From contig NC_068997.1 of assembly GCF_001194135.2 (NCBI RefSeq), positions 29,627,322 to 29,691,321 on the forward strand: a stretch of 64,000 nt of DNA. Reading direction: 5' to 3'. Shown here in pieces: positions 11,818-23,947 of this stretch. Under the pieces are notes generated by a model. The model was given only the letters and a program-made list of their open reading frames with translations. It ran no database searches and was not told the DNA's origin. Numbering within the stretch: position 1 is the stretch's first letter; each line of letters starts with the position of its first letter. The stretch comes from Octopus bimaculoides. Lineage: Eukaryota. Both the position numbers and the translations under genes were made by a program.

Positions 11818-12714
11818 GTCTAGATCATGAGATTCAGATAGAACGACTCTGAAGGGGTTAGGGGTAGGGTAAGCAAACACTGACTAAAATGTTTAACTCC
11901 AACTAAATCCTGATCGAGGAGACATGTAGTAATCAAAGCTATTCAAATTGTAACACCCCGCCTTCATATTATTCAGCATATCCTCTTTATAACACTGAAT
12001 AAGTGTGTGGAAAACGAATATGAAAANNNNNNNNNNNNNNNNNNNNNNNNNNNNNNNNNNNNNNNNNNNNNNNNNNNNNNNNNNNNNNNNNNNNNNNNNN
12101 NNNNNNNNNNNNNNNNNNNNNNNNNNNNNNNNNNNNNNNNNNNNNNNNNNNNNNNNNNNNNNNNNNNNNNNNNNNNNNNNNNNNNNNNNNNNNNNNNNNN
12201 NNNNNNNNNNNNNNNNNNNNNNNNNNNNNNNNNNNNNNNNNNNNNNNNNNNNNNNNNNNNNNNNNNNNNNNNNNNNNNNNNNNNNNNNNNNNNNNNNNNN
12301 NNNNNNNNNNNNNNNNNNNNNNNNNNNNNNNNNNNNNNNNNNNNNNNNNNNNNNNNNNNNNNNNNNNNNNNNNNNNNNNNNNNNNNNNNNNNNNNNNNNN
12401 NNNNNNNNNNNNNNNNNNNNNNNNNNNNNNNNNNNNNNNNNNNNNNNNNNNNNNNNNNNNNNNNNNNNNNNNNNNNNNNNNNNNNNNNNNNNNGGGGGGG
12501 GGGTAATTGAAATTTTTCAAAAAATTTTTTTTCAGAATCGGAATCTCCATAGCCTAAAACGTGGGATTCCGTAAAAAAAAAATTAATAAATAAGTGGGGG
12601 AAAGGTTCAGATTACATATAGTCCATCTCTACCCCACACACTTATTAACACCCCCCACCCAGGCGGGTTAATTTTTTTTTCCGTTCCCGAGTGAAGGTCT
12701 TTACATTGACTCTC

Positions 12715-13365
12715 TTTTCTAATAAATATTGAGTAAATGTCCGACAACGAAAACTAGTCCCACCAAGATAATAACTGTCGTTATAAAAAATGTAAGTGAA
12801 AAGAATAAAACACGGTTTGGGGGTCTTTTTGTACAACTTTTCACCTACAGAAGGAAAGATCGTTTCCATGGGCCCAGTAGCTAACATTTACCAATCTGGA
12901 AATGAAGAATTGGGTAATAACTAGAATAAATTCATTAATATTTATCAAAAATACAGAGTTATTAAAGACTAAATTCATTTTTGAGACTATAATATTTTTC
13001 AAATCCTAAAGCAGTTACAGTAGAACGATTTATTATATTATGGTCTTAATGCTTCGTTTCATCTTGCAGAAATTGGAAGGGAAATCATTGATGGATTCAT
13101 CAGGTGTTCTGGCTTGACGTTGGCGGTTTACCTCATTCACTATATTCTCTCAAATTCTTTGACTATCGATAGGTTGGCCACTTAAACGTTTTAATGTCAC
13201 CGTATTTACAATTCTTTCACATGTTTGCACCTGCTAAATGAATTAAATTGCACGCTGAAGTGACAATGCCACTTGACTGGGTAACAAAAAAATATCGTTT
13301 TTCAAAGCATGAATGAGCCCCATATTACCATCAACATCAAATACAAGATCTTTGGCTGAAATTTC
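12715..13365 (-). mobile_element. Possible decayed MULE (FLYWCH-type) transposase remnant
   Basis: Broken peptides DLVFDVDG, FPSNFCKMKRSI and FILFT...SYYLGGTSF...TFTQYL loosely resemble the MULE DGTF...FxQL region. By-eye only. Confidence 0.35.
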
Positions 13366-13954
13366 AGATGAACTTCAATGCAAAATTATAAAATTAACTA
13401 GACCGAATTTTATGGGTTAATTATTTATAAAAGAAGACTTTCAGTATTACTATTTACAACGCAATATTTACTTTCGGACATTTATATTAGCCTGTCTTGA
13501 TTCTTTATTAGAAGAGACGGGTCCGGGTCCATGTTTATAAAAAGAAGAGAAAATGCTAAAGTGGGTTAATATCTAGTTAAACACCCGGCCACCGAAACAA
13601 AGTGTTGTCTTCCTAACGGACTGTACTCTTTCTACGAGTCACTGACCGCGAAAAGGGAAACAGTTTTAGCTAGGTGTGGACACCGGACTATTGCCTAACA
13701 TGCGAATTCACAATAACTGATAAACAGACTGATCATGGAGAAATAAGCGGAGTCAACTTTAGTGTAAATAATAGCCGAATAACAGATATAAAGTTTAAAA
13801 TCTTAGGTTTCATAATGTGTGGTGTAACTTAAAAGGTTCTAAATTACAAGTCTGAAGCGTTTTTGCTATAAAACCTTACAACTACGACCACTCTCTCGCG
13901 TTTGTTATGAAACTAAACACCATAAAATATTCGGATGTATGGATGAAAACTTAC

Positions 13955-14076
13955 AAGATATTTTCTAGCTTAATTCGGACTATCGATCCTTCGCCAAAAC
14001 CTTCCCTTCTACTTTGCTTAGCTGGTAATTCCGTCTGAGACAAATCTATAGTTACAGGCTGGATTGGCGCCGACAT
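13955..14076 (-). CDS. SMC5: SMC5 coding exon 1 (MSAPIQPVTIDLSQTELPAKQSRREGFGEGSIVRIKLENI-L)
   Basis: Manual translation: ATG at 14076-14074, GSIVRIxLEN motif matches the SMC5 N-terminus, GTAAGT donor (phase 2) joins in frame to the next exon. Confidence 0.93.
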
Positions 14077-14943
14077 TTTTATGATTATCAAACAGATTTA
14101 TAAAAAAACTATACATTGGAACCGTGGCGGAAAACGAAACCACATAGTCACCGACTCTAAATGGTGCAATATTTGTCACTAAAGTTTGCGAAGTAAATTT
14201 AACCATGAACTGAAAAGTTGTGATTGCTATGGACTTCTTGGATATCTAAACCAGGAAGAAATCTCATCTTTTAAATGAGACTACATTAAGCATTATTAGC
14301 TGTCTTGAGCTTCACTTCATAAGAATTTCGACAAGTTTTACTTTTGAATCGTTCATTGTGCACCTGTACCATCATTTCTCTTTTCAGAATATGCAATCAC
14401 CAAAAATTACCCATTAATTTGTCATGTTTGCTTGGTTCATTATGGAAGTGTCGTCGGTGTTATCTCAGAAAGCTGCAACTTCGGTAGGGTTTTTTTATCG
14501 TGGTTACTCAGTCTTTTTTTTTTTTGCAATACATTTTATTTATCGTGAGAAAACGTGTACGAAATACACAATTCAATTCTATTCAAATCGCTAAAGTAAC
14601 AAATGGAATTAGTTTTCCGGAAAACGAAATCAAATACTGTTTACATTCATACGCACATAGTAACGCAGTTTGTTTCTGATATCTATGGTCGTAGTAAGTC
14701 TGTGCACAATATATTCAACTACAAATCATATATGTAGAAAGAAAGAAAAAAAGACACTATTTATTAAATTTTCTGTTAGTATGAGATCAAATTTGCTTCT
14801 GATTATGTAATGGAATTGGAGCTTGTTCAGGCCTACTCGTTTTTACTTTGCATCTTTTTCGCTGTATATTTTGGGGAAGAATCAATTTTTGACATCGTTC
14901 AAATTAGACTCCAATTTTTTTTTCTTTCACTTTTTGTTAAACA

Positions 14944-14978
<35 letters not shown>

Positions 14979-15111
14979 TTAACTTTTTTAGTGTTACACC
15001 AGCCTCGAATCTATAAGCCGAACTCTAATTTCAAACTAGACTTCAGCACCCCACCACACTCAGCTCAAAACAGATATTGTTTTGAACTGAGTGGGCAGGT
15101 GCTAGATTCCA

Positions 15112-15272
15112 TTGTTCGAAAATATAAGGACACAGATCGTGTTGTAAAGCCAGTTGGAGACGATGTCTCCTGGGGCTAAATTACGGCAACATTCGTCCTA
15201 AACCAGGACTGCCATGTTATGTTGGCAAACAATCTTTACTCCAAAGTACTGTTGCTGAATATCTCTCATTGT
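15112..15272 (+). repeat. Dispersed repeat, inverted copy at 55790-55945
   Basis: Roughly 90% identical by eye to the reverse complement of 55790-55945. Class unknown. Confidence 0.75.
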
Positions 15273-15297
15273 GAGATTTTAAAATAGTAATTTTCTA

Positions 15298-15620
15298 ATG
15301 AATTTTCATGTCTGGCCATGTTCTGAATCACAATGTATCAACTCAGGTGTACCCCGAGGTTCAGTTTTGGATCCAATGCTTTTGCTTCTGCATATGAATG
15401 ACCAACTTGTTACTTCTAACAGCCTTAACCTTCCACACACGGATATCACAAACATGCATCCTGAGAACATCAAACCAGCTTTTCATTGCTTACAACATGA
15501 AAGGAGAATTTGAAAGCATTGTTCAGTGGGTACACAAAACCAAGAACACCAGGACTGTAGCTACACATTAACTGAACCCTATATAAACTGCAGATGTCTC
15601 TCCTGTCCCCACAATCATCA
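15298..15620 (+). mobile_element. CR1/L2-like LINE reverse transcriptase remnant
   Basis: SGVPRGSVLDPMLLLLHMND matches the RT motif SGVPQGSVLGPxLFxxYxND. Confidence 0.78.
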
Positions 15621-16989
15621 ACAGCTCAGCCAACTGTGAAACTAAAGTAGACTATCAACTTAATTATATTTCCATATATGTGTGTGTGTATAGTATATAT
15701 AACTGGCACTCCATCAGTCACAGCAATGAGGGTTCCAGTTGATCTAATCAACAGAACAGCCTGCTCATGAAATTAATGTGCAAGTGGCTGAGTACATTAA
15801 TATCATTTTTTCCTAGATATTTTTCTTTCAGTATTTTGGTTTGCAATTAAGATGTGTTGTGGTGGTCCTTTTTTAGTTCTGTATAGTCCAGCATTTAATC
15901 ATTTGGTGTAAGCTAACAGGGAAGGTAAAATTTAGGGGTACAATCTCACTTCATGGCACCTTGGGCAAGTTTTATGCTTTAGCCCTGGGTCAATCCAAAG
16001 CCTTGTCAGTGGATGGATCTGTTAGAGGGAAACTGAAAGAAGCCCACTATATATAATATAATATAAATTATACATATATGCATATATACAATAATATATG
16101 TAAATACCTACATATATGTATATATACATGCATGTATGGGTACAGAACGTTTGCGACGCGGAGTAGATAAAACAGGGGACAACTGATGAAGGGTTTTTTC
16201 CTTGATCCTTTCTCTCTTGCTTGGAAACCTCATTAGTGCCTGTGACACATACAAACTATAGTGGTTGGCATTAGGAGGGGCATCCAGCTGTAGAAACCTT
16301 GCCAAGTGTGACAGTGGAGCTTGATGCAACCTTGTAGCTCACTGGATCCTGTCAAACCGTCTAACGCACGCCAGCATAGAAAATGGACGTTAAATGATGA
16401 TGGTGTGTGTGTTTTATTATATCGATTTCAAAGGACCTTATCTTGTTTACAACTTTCGCTTTTGCCTTTCGTTTCTGTATTTCCTCGCTGACATCACTTA
16501 TATAGAAACTGGGAACATACTGTATGTATGTGTGTGTGACGATGTGTATCAAAAATAAACAATTCCAAAAGAACTGAAGACGAGTCTACTACAACTTTGA
16601 AAATAAATAAAAAATCTATGCCAGTCGCCAAAGTAAATGATAATAGATGCTGATTGACAAATTATATTCGATGCATTGCAAGGATTTGGTAGTGTTGTTA
16701 AACAGGACATCGGATTAAGGGAACAATGCTTCCCATGAGTTTTCACACGGTTCCCATCAAATTTCATTCGCAAGATGCTTTGCTAGAAAAAAAAATTTGC
16801 CTAGGTTGCCACGCAGTGAGATTGAACTGAGACCGCGTAGATAGTTGCAAGACGAACTTGTTGACCATTTTATGATGACGATCGCGTTGATGGTAGTTGA
16901 ATTGGAGATGACATGAGATCATTCATAATAATGTATCTTAGGTTTTTCCATCCAAATAATCAATTCCCGTTACATTTCAACACGTCCTC

Positions 16990-17240
16990 AAATTTTTTAG
17001 TCGTCATTTTTGAGTCAAATAAATAACCGACAAGCAGTTCACCTCAAGAAGAAAAGTGGATCAGTCGGCGATGTTAAAACGTAAGTATACGTTTAGAAGA
17101 AGGGAAAAAAAAGAATAGAAGCAAATTGATGTGTAATTATTTTCAAGAAGACCGGCCGGCCTTCTCTTATCTGGAGAATGATGACGTGATGGCCGGAAAT
17201 AGACGGAGTTACACGAAGTAAACCACGCACAAATCCCCCT
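16990..17240. promoter_or_regulatory. CpG-enriched promoter-like segment of unknown transcript
   Basis: CRE-like TGACGTGA (17182-17189), ETS-like CCGGAAAT (17193-17200), perfect plus-strand donor GTAAGT at 17091. Confidence 0.35.
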
Positions 17241-19273
17241 CCCCTCTTTCTCCTCCTAATGTAACATTGTAGGCGTTTTCCCTATCTTTTGTCTTAAGTT
17301 TAATGTGTGCTTGTAGAAGGAAGAATGCACCACATTGCAACGTTGTTCTGTATTTACTTTAAAAAATATTAGAAATGTTCAAAGATACTTTTGTCAAAAT
17401 TTTTGCATTTGACATTTGTATTTTTAGATATGTTTTTAATGTACATTTCACATGAAGCATGTGTTCTATAAGTGAGCAGTATATGAACAATAAAACATTC
17501 TTAACTGTCACTTAACTAACAGAACGCATGGTATTTGCGTGTACGTGTGTATGTATAAAACAATGTGATTCAGCTCTCAGCCTCATAGGGCTTATGGTGC
17601 ATGAGATACACACAATACGTCATGTGTTTGGATATTTATTTTCTCCCCCTTGTCTTCGAATATAAAACACGAGTGGAAGCGAAAAAGAAGAGATTGAGTG
17701 TGATGAGGAAAGGTGAAAGATAGAGAAAGACAGGAAGAATGATGATTAGATGGAGTAAGATGTACTACATTTTCATGAAAAGATGTGCGTGTGTTTGTGG
17801 AAGTCGAAAGTTAGGAGAGGGAAAGTGAGAACTAGATTTAAACAGGGAGAGAGAGAAAGAACAGTTGAATTATACAGCAAAATTTTAGACATCACAGTAT
17901 CTTTAGTCATCTCATTTTCTATTTCTATCTTTTTGAAATGTATATTAGAAATTGAAAATCTCTGTTCCAGTATCTCTTTGGACAGGACCGTCTTAACAGT
18001 ATTATAGTCTGACGAGGGGAATCAATAACTGGGCCCTATAGTGTATATTTATTGACAGCAAACCACAACATACACGGATTAGAACTGGGACCCGAGACCT
18101 GTTAAGCACTTAGGCATCTGTACCCATCCCTTCAGACAACCCTACCTTTGGATAGTTCTTTCAAGTGGATTAGTTCAAGTAACCAACCAGTTCTTTTTGA
18201 GATGTGATCGTTTAAAAGACACTAATTCTAAGAATGAATATCACTTGACAAAATATCAGTTTTATGGGACACAGATTCACGTGTGTGTGTGTGTGTATGT
18301 CTTAGTTCTTCCAGCTTACCATGATGCTATTGAATAATGGTGTCATGGAGTTTGCTATTAATACAATGTTATTTACTTGTTTATATTTTATTATGTGTTG
18401 TTTCCTTCGATACAAGGCCTTGAAAATAAGAGGAAGACAATACGAGGAAAGCAATAAATCAATATGAACTTGTGCAGCTTCCTCTCAGTCATCTTGTATC
18501 CATCAAATCAATCAAAACAAAAGTCTTCAGAAAATTTTAAAAATCAATGCCACAAAGTTTGTCATGTTCATAAGTCTCTGTGCAATTCAGTCTTTAAATG
18601 TCTCCCTGGACCCTTTTTATCAGCAGGATCTCCATGCTATATTCATTTTCAAATGTGAAATACTGTCAGCAACACTGTAGGCCTCTAAACATTAATGTTT
18701 AGCAGTGTAGAGAAGCCATTCTCCTTCAGTTGTTGTTATGTACCTATGCTGAACAACATATGTAAACTGGAAGCGTTTAGTCAGCTGAAGATTGTGCAAA
18801 GAGGATTTTGTAGTGACCTTGTATTGTCCATCCCCAGGTTTAAATTCAGCCTAACGAATTACTGTGTTGTACAATGCATGAACGAATCAAAAACACTCCA
18901 GCATCATTTCTGCAATTGTTCACCATTCAGAAATCCTTAATGAATAAAATAGTTCATTTTGGTCAGCACTTTTTAATTCTACTAAAGGTTGCAGGTCTTG
19001 TTGATGGGAATATTGCAACATGGCTCAAATTTTGCAAACAGTTGAAGATAGTTTATTGGTCACTACAGTCACTTACTGCATTATTTTTTCCAGTGGAATA
19101 TATGGTTGAATGTATCTGATTACTTTTGTAGAGAAAATGAGGAGAATGCTTTTGTTATATGTAAAAGCTTCTTATACTTCATTTTGTATTAATTTTCCTT
19201 TATTGAATTACTCTAAAGAAAGAAACTGTACATTATTTACATTTGATGGATATTTGTCCTCATCTTGTTTGTT

Positions 19274-19319
19274 AACACAACGTTTCAGCTGATATATCCT
19301 TCAGCCTTCATCAGGTGTC
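19274..19319 (-). ncRNA. Minimal type I hammerhead ribozyme motif in SINE tail (GUU site)
   Basis: Minus strand: GACAC-CTGATGA-AG(G)CTG aaggatatat CAGCT-GAAA-C GT-T-GTGTT. Stem I 4 WC + 1 GU, palindromic loopless stem III ACGT. Confidence 0.62.
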
Positions 19320-19378
19320 TTGGGGAAATTTTGAACCTGGGTTTTCATTACTAAGGTATTTTGCGATGTTGTTGTTGC

Positions 19379-19423
<45 letters not shown>

Positions 19424-19648
19424 TATTATTATTCAGGTCACTGCCTGGAATCAAACTCGGAATCTTGGGATTAGTAGCCCGTGCTCTTGACCGCTATGCC
19501 ATATGCCCGTGGGCATATGGCGTAGTGGTTAAGAGTGCAGGCTACTAACCCCAAGATTCCGAGTTTGATTCCAGGCAGTGACCTGAATAATAATAATAAT
19601 ATCGAGAAATACCTTAGAAATGAGAATCCAGGTTCAAAATTTCCCCAA

Positions 19649-19694
19649 GACACCTGATGAAGGCTGGAGGGTATATCAGCTGAAAGGCTGTGTT
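19649..19694 (+). ncRNA. Second, mutated copy of the SINE hammerhead motif
   Basis: GACAC-CTGATGA-AGGCTG...CAGCT-GAAA-GGC-T-GTGTT. Stem III and the cleavage triplet are mutated (GAAAGGCT instead of GAAACGTT). Confidence 0.4.
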
Positions 19695-20749
19695 AACAAC
19701 AAACAAGATGAGGACAAATATCCGTCAAATGTAAATAATATACATAATTCCTCATCTGTTAAATATAGAACTGTAGAAAGAAACTGTTCTCATGGGCTTT
19801 GCTGGTTGCCATGTGCTGGAAATATAATTACTGGATGATTTTTCTGAAAACAGCAAAAGCCTTTCCCAACTGGTTTGAGTTTTTGGTAATTTTTCTAATT
19901 AAGTTTACCATCCAACAGATGTCCACATAATTTTATCCTCTCTAATTCAGTCAGAAACATTGAGACATACTTAGAGTAGTGGTTAAGGTGTCGAACTCAT
20001 GATCATAAGATTGTGGTTTCAATTCATGGAAACATTGTGTTCTTGAGTAAAACACTTCATTTCACATTGCTCCAGTCCACTCAGCTGACAGAAATGAGTA
20101 ATTGTGTGATGGACTGGTGTCCCATCCAGGGGGAATATATGCATCACAGAAACTGGGAAACTGGGCCTATGGGTCTATATTGACTCGGGAAGGATCTTTA
20201 TCCTATCTTTGTCGCATAGAAACACTTCCCCCATAATGCTGCACAGTATTTTGAACTCTGAACACTGTAATTACAAAGCAAATTTCTTAACTGCCTTGCT
20301 ATACTTGTGCCCAGATTTACTGATGTCATCACTGTGACACTGCATGCCTTGAATATTTTCTGGGTGCACAGGAGACAAATTGGCAAAACTGAGGCTGGAG
20401 ACACTCCTACCTATTGTATGCCTTTTTCTTGGTTGACTTTACTCAACACCTAATTAATGGCCTAAATTAAAAACAAACAATCTCATTCATTGCAATTAAT
20501 CAATGAAAAGAAACCCAATGAGTAGTCAAAGATAAACAAAAGAGAGCAGAGAGAGAGAGTGAAAGAAAGGTGGGGAGAGGATGCCAGTGGCGGAGGGAAT
20601 TTGAGATGGAATATAATTGTTGATTGCAAAACAGGATGGAAGAGTTAAGTGGCAAGCAAGCTTAAATTTGTGCATGTGAGTATGTATGTGTGTGCATGTG
20701 CATGTGTGTGTGTGCACACGCGCACGTGTGTGCATATGTGTGTGTACTA

Positions 20750-21220
20750 TTTACATTGAATGTCTTTATGAAAGTTGTATTGTACAGTAGAAGCATTGAA
20801 CTCCAGCTGTCTACATCGGTGGCAGAGCAGGAGGAGTTTATGGTAGCAAAAGTCAGTGTCATCTGATGCTATGAAATTTGGTGGATTCTGTTGTTCTGCA
20901 GCCAAGCCAAGAATGTTGCCAGGAAGGAAATGGAATGTGGAAAAAGCTGTTGAGATGACAGAGAGTAGACTGGGAATGAAAGAGGTGATTGGCGCAGTGC
21001 AGAACAAACAAGCAAAACTTGGACAGACATGGAACAAGTGGAAATCTCACCAGATTAATGAAGGCAGGTGAAATAAATTCAGTAAAGAAATTCAGCATGT
21101 TGAAGAAGAGAAGTGTTCAACAAAGGTACATGGATAGCATGGGAGAAAGATATACAAATAAAGCTATTAGGGAACATATTCAGGAGAATGGAATTACCCT
21201 GACTGAGATTCTTTGATGTG
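20750..21220 (+). mobile_element. Hero-like (RLE) non-LTR retrotransposon remnant
   Basis: LYSRSIELQL...EEFMVAK followed by GRKWNVEKAVEMTESRLGMKEVIGAVQ resembles the Hero-clade LYxxxxKLQLP..EEFK / GRKWxxxxAVxxAESRL segment. Confidence 0.7.
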
Positions 21221-22155
21221 CTTCAATCCAAAGGTAATATCAAATAATGGGGCTTAAGGACACTAACGTAACTAGTGTGCGCCACCCAGAACGGGTCTTC
21301 CATTTGCTGCCACTAGACCCCACAATAAGTACATATTGCCTACAGCAGACCCACCACCCCCTCCCCTAGCTATGCTGGTGCTTAAGGTGGTAAATCGTTA
21401 CCACACCAAGCAAAATGCTTGGCGGCCTTTCATCCGTCTTCACATTCTGAGTTCAAACTCCATCCTGGTTGACCTTGCCCTTCATTCTTTCAGGGTTGAT
21501 AAAATAAATACCAGTCATGTCCTGGGGTCTATGTAATTGACTTACTCCCTTCCCCTGAAATTGCTGGCCTTGTGCCAAAATTTGAAACCAGTATTAGATG
21601 GTAGGGTTAGAATGTCACAGCTGAATATCATTGGTGCAGTGATTATGCATCCTTGGAGAATGTCCTGGCAGAATGTAAGTTAACCCTTGTGGAGTATTCT
21701 TGGTGGCATAACCATTTCTCAGATGTCCTTGCTCATGCACTAAAACAACAAAACAACAACATGAATGCAAAGTTATGAAAACACAAAACCATACCCTGTT
21801 GTCTTCCACAAGGACAGTCAGAACGGACAACATAGGGGTGTAAACTAGGGGTGGGGAAACTTTTTGGTGCAATGCGTAAAATTTCCAAAGAAAAAGGTCC
21901 ATGGGTGGGTCACAAGTTCTAACTGTTACATTCCGTTTTACTCTTTTAGACATACATATATATTGTATAAATTTTATAATTGAAAATTTACTATATTTTG
22001 TCCATACGAGTACATCAGACTGCGGGCACAATAAAATGGGCTCGCGGGTAGGGTTTCTTTCAAGCCTATGCATGTTCTTGGCTATCACAGTCCATGTTTC
22101 ACACCCATGTAGAATAGCTTATTGTTCTAATCTCTAATAATATTTCTAATGTTAA

Positions 22156-22368
22156 AGGCGGCGAGCTGGCAGAAACGTTAACACGGTGGGCGAAATGCTT
22201 AGCAGTATTTTGTCTGTCATTACATTCTGAGTTCAAATTCTGCCACGGTTGACTTTGCCTTTCATCCTTTCGGGGTCGATAAATTAAGTACCAGTTGCAT
22301 ACTGGGGTCGATCTAACTGACTGGCCCCTTCACCCAAAATTTCAGACCTTGTGCCTTGAGTAGAAAAG
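22156..22368 (+). mobile_element. tRNA-derived SINE, family B, with 17-bp TSD
   Basis: GAGTTCAAATTC B box. TSD AATATTTCTAATGTTAA at 22139-22155 and 22369-22385. Confidence 0.9.
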
Positions 22369-23592
22369 AATATTTCTAATGTTAATTCCGTTCTATTAAT
22401 TTACCCATATTGGTTTCAGATTTTAACACAAGGCCAGCAAATTTAGGAGAGCAGTGGCTATTCGATTACTATGGCCCCCAGTACTCCTCTGGTACTTATT
22501 TTATTGATCCTGGAAGGATGAAAAGCAGACTCAATCTCAGCAAAATTTGAACTCTAAATGTAAAGATGAATAACAGTCTGTTTGTGGATAGTTTCAGTTA
22601 CATAGCAGTTTGTCTATGAAAAGAGGGTTGCTGGCATCTCTTTCGATTCTTCTCCATTTCCGGACAAAGAGAAGTTGAGTAGTCTCCCATGATCCTTATC
22701 ATGCTACATCTTAGACGATTGTGAGAAATAGAAGAATCAACTCCAGTATTGGAATGGTACTTTATTTATCGACTCTGAAAGGATGAAGGGAAAAGTTAAT
22801 CTCGTTTCAACAATACTTTAAGTCATTGTATCCTTTGTTCTGGCGATTCTGCCAATTTGGTGCCTTGAAAAAGGATATCAATTCGTAGAAGGAATACACA
22901 GTCCATGTCGACCCAGTACCATTCTTGGTTTTCAAATTATCGACCCAACTTTCAATGAAACAAAATGTCACATAATTTAACTTCTCTTCTCTGCGTTGTA
23001 AGTTCAAAATATCGCCGATATCGACCTTATTTGTCACTTCTCCGGGATTGTTGAAATAGGGACCTTACCAAGTTCGTTAAAACAGACAAATTACAAACTC
23101 TGAGGTCTTGTTTTAAATGCGAAGGAAAAAATATTTTGGTTGTCGATCTGTTGTTCGACTTCTATCCTTTCCCCCAAGTATCTTGCCCTTAATATCGATC
23201 TCACTTTCTCTCTCTATGTGAATGTGTGTGTATAAACACACACATACACATATATTTATACATGTATATGCACACGCACACACACACACACACACGTGTG
23301 TGTGTGTGTGTGCGAAACCGAGCTTGTCATTCATCCAGTGTAGATTGCGCGCGCGTTTCAGGGCGTCGTCTGTGAGTAGGGGAAGGGAGTGAAAGAGGCG
23401 AGAACTGTTTTGTGCCAACCTTGGTGCTGCAGCAGATGTTTGATCTATATGGAGAAGGATTGTTGACAAAGGAGTAGAAGCAAACATATTTTAAGGCACC
23501 CGATATTTATCCCCATCAACCGACGAAATCTCTAACACATTCAAAATCACACCCACACGCACGCATCACATGTCTGAGTGTGTGTGCGTGTG

Positions 23593-23594
<2 letters not shown>

Positions 23595-23656
<62 letters not shown>

Positions 23657-23712
23657 AGAGAGAGAGATACACATCCATCCATCCATCCATCCATCCACCC
23701 ATTCACCCATCC
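23595..23712. repeat. (TA)n-(GA)n-(CATC)n microsatellite cluster
   Basis: Directly visible. One of many dinucleotide arrays in the window. Confidence 0.9.
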
Positions 23713-23728
23713 ATTATAAGAAGAGATT

Positions 23729-23947
23729 AAGGCGGTGACCTGGCAGAGTCGTTAGCACGCTGGAAAAAATGCTTAGCGGTATTTTGCCCGTCTCTACGTT
23801 CTGAGTTCAAATTCCACCGAAGTCGACTTTGCCTTTCGTCCTTTCGGGGGGGGGGTCGATAAATTAAGTCCCAGTGAAACACTGGGGTCGATATAATCGA
23901 CTTGTTCCCTCCTCACCATTTCAGGCCTTGTGTCTATAGTAGAAACG
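23729..23947 (+). mobile_element. SINE family B with 16-bp TSD (1 mismatch)
   Basis: Homologous to 22156-22368. ATTATAAGAA(G/T)AGATT at 23713-23728 and 23948-23963. Confidence 0.88.

Larger units (their letters stand above)
19230..19774. mobile_element. Head-to-head palindromic dimer of a tRNA-derived SINE with hammerhead tail
   Basis: Inverted arms 19228-19508 and 19511-19743. Each arm has an A box (TGGCRTAGYGG), B box (GAGTTTGATTCC), (AAT)n and tail. 13-bp direct repeat AGAAAGAAACTGT at 19217-19229 and 19775-19787. Confidence 0.85.

Noticed and set aside
14018-14206. 62-aa minus ORF in the ORF track
   Set aside because: Out-of-frame overlap with the true SMC5 exon 1.
16185-16215. CTGATGA-AGGG-tttttt-CCTT hammerhead-like start
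   Set aside because: Followed by GATC instead of GAAA, and no stem I or III can be formed.
19511-19585. tRNA gene
   Set aside because: A/B boxes are present but there is no proper acceptor stem, and it is fused to (AAT)n and a tail, so it is a SINE head.
22807-23037. 76-aa minus ORF with protein-like composition
   Set aside because: Part of it is SINE family B-like sequence (GGGTCGATAA...GGTACTGGGTCGA), and it has no recognisable domain.
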